Of a stretch of 36,784 bases of DNA, positions 35,443-36,784 are shown piece by piece. Position 1 is the stretch's first letter, and each line of letters begins with the position of its first letter. The position numbers and the translations under genes are program-made. Under the pieces are notes generated by a model. It saw nothing but the letters and a program-made list of their open reading frames with translations, was not told where the DNA came from and made no database searches. This stretch comes from Octopus bimaculoides (lineage: Eukaryota), in contig NC_068989.1 of the NCBI RefSeq assembly GCF_001194135.2, positions 91,543,933 to 91,580,716 of the forward strand, written 5' to 3'.

Positions 35443-36744
35443 CATACATACATACATACATACATACATACATGCATGTATGCATACACACTACACATCT
35501 GTAGAGAATTAAGGGAAACTTGGAAAGTGAGACAGTGAGGGACAGTGCGTAGAGACTGTTGAAGAGAGAGTTTCAAATGTTGGCGTGGAAGTGTTAAGCG
35601 TACGTGGTGTGTGCGTGCGGTGTGTGCGACAAAGAGAGGAAGACAGATTCGGTATGCGTTTATATATCTTATTAAAAGCAACCATTGATCTGATATTGGC
35701 GAACATTATAACCAGGAGACATCTGCAAAGATGAATGGAAATACTTGCCTTACATAAATATATAGAGATGGATATGTGTATAACGTGTGTATATACGCTT
35801 GTGCGTATATGTGAAAGTATANNNNNNNNNNNNNNNNNNNNNNNNNNNNNNNNNNNNNNNNNNNNNNNNNNNNNNNNNNNNNNNNNNNNNNNNNNNNNNN
35901 NNNNNNNNNNNNNNNNNNNNNNNNNNNNNNNNNNNNNNNNNNNNNNNNNNNNNNNNNNNNNNNNNNNNNNNNNNNNNNNNNNNNNNNNNNNNNNNNNNNN
36001 NNNNNNNNNNNNNNNNNNNNNNNNNNNNNNNNNNNNNNNNNNNNNNNNNNNNNNNNNNNNNNNNNNNNNNNNNNNNNNNNNNNNNNNNNNNNNNNNNNNN
36101 NNNNNNNNNNNNNNNNNNNNNNNNNNNNNNNNNNNNNNNNNNNNNNNNNNNNNNNNNNNNNNNNNNNNNNNNNNNNNNNNNNNNNNNNNNNNNNNNNNNN
36201 NNNNNNNNNNNNNNNNNNNNNNNNNNNNNNNNNNNNNNNNNNNNNNNNNNNNNNNNNNNNNNNNNNNNNNNNNNNNNNNNNNNNNNNNNNNNNNNNNNNN
36301 NNNNNNNNNNNNNNNNNNNNNNNNNNNNNNNNNNNNNNNNNNNNNNNNNNNNNNNNNNNNNNNNNNNNNNNNNNNNNNNNNNNNNNNNNNNNNNNNNNNN
36401 NNATATATATATATATATATTTATGTATGTATGTATGTATGTATACTGACATGCATACGCACTCACTCATATCTGTCTTTATATATGTATATATGTGCGT
36501 ATAGATACATGCCTACATACATATATATGTACATACATACATACAAACATCTATATGTGGTGTGTGCGTGTGTGTGTGTATGTGTGTGTGTGTGTGTCTG
36601 TTGAGCAACTCATGGGCATGTGCATACATATTTATGCAGACAATCAGGCGAGCACACTCAAACGTATATCTACATTTGTATATATACTCCTTTCCATACA
36701 TGCTACATTTGTACATAAACATATGTGTAAACGCGCATGTGGGC

Positions 36745-36784
<40 letters not shown>
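33785..36784. repeat. (AT)/(GT)/(TACA)n-dominated low-complexity region with two gaps
   Basis: Directly visible. Little unique sequence apart from about 34130-34560 and 35490-35740. Confidence 0.85.

Overview
This is AT-rich, microsatellite-saturated animal non-coding DNA from a gapped short-read assembly, with 13 N-gaps, almost all flanked by (AT)n or (AG)n. The repeat families look like those of octopus (inference from SINE sequence and repeat content). No intact host protein-coding gene is supported, and nearly all long ORFs in the track are translations of dinucleotide repeats or N-runs. The window holds three tRNA-headed SINE families in many copies, a full-length decayed 5S rRNA copy abutting a SINE, two dead Tc1/mariner transposases on the minus strand, and two decayed RTE-like LINE fragments, one with a 5' inversion. 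The most interesting signal is a set of small fold-back elements carrying minimal type I hammerhead-ribozyme motifs of the kind known from Penelope-like elements. At 7584-7991 a tRNA-like Pol III head, a hammerhead and a tail are joined to an inverted copy of the hammerhead region and bounded by a 12-bp target-site duplication. A second copy at 20506-20753 has the same layout and a similar TSD. An unrelated hammerhead fold-back with a very long helix II lies at 16776-16985.
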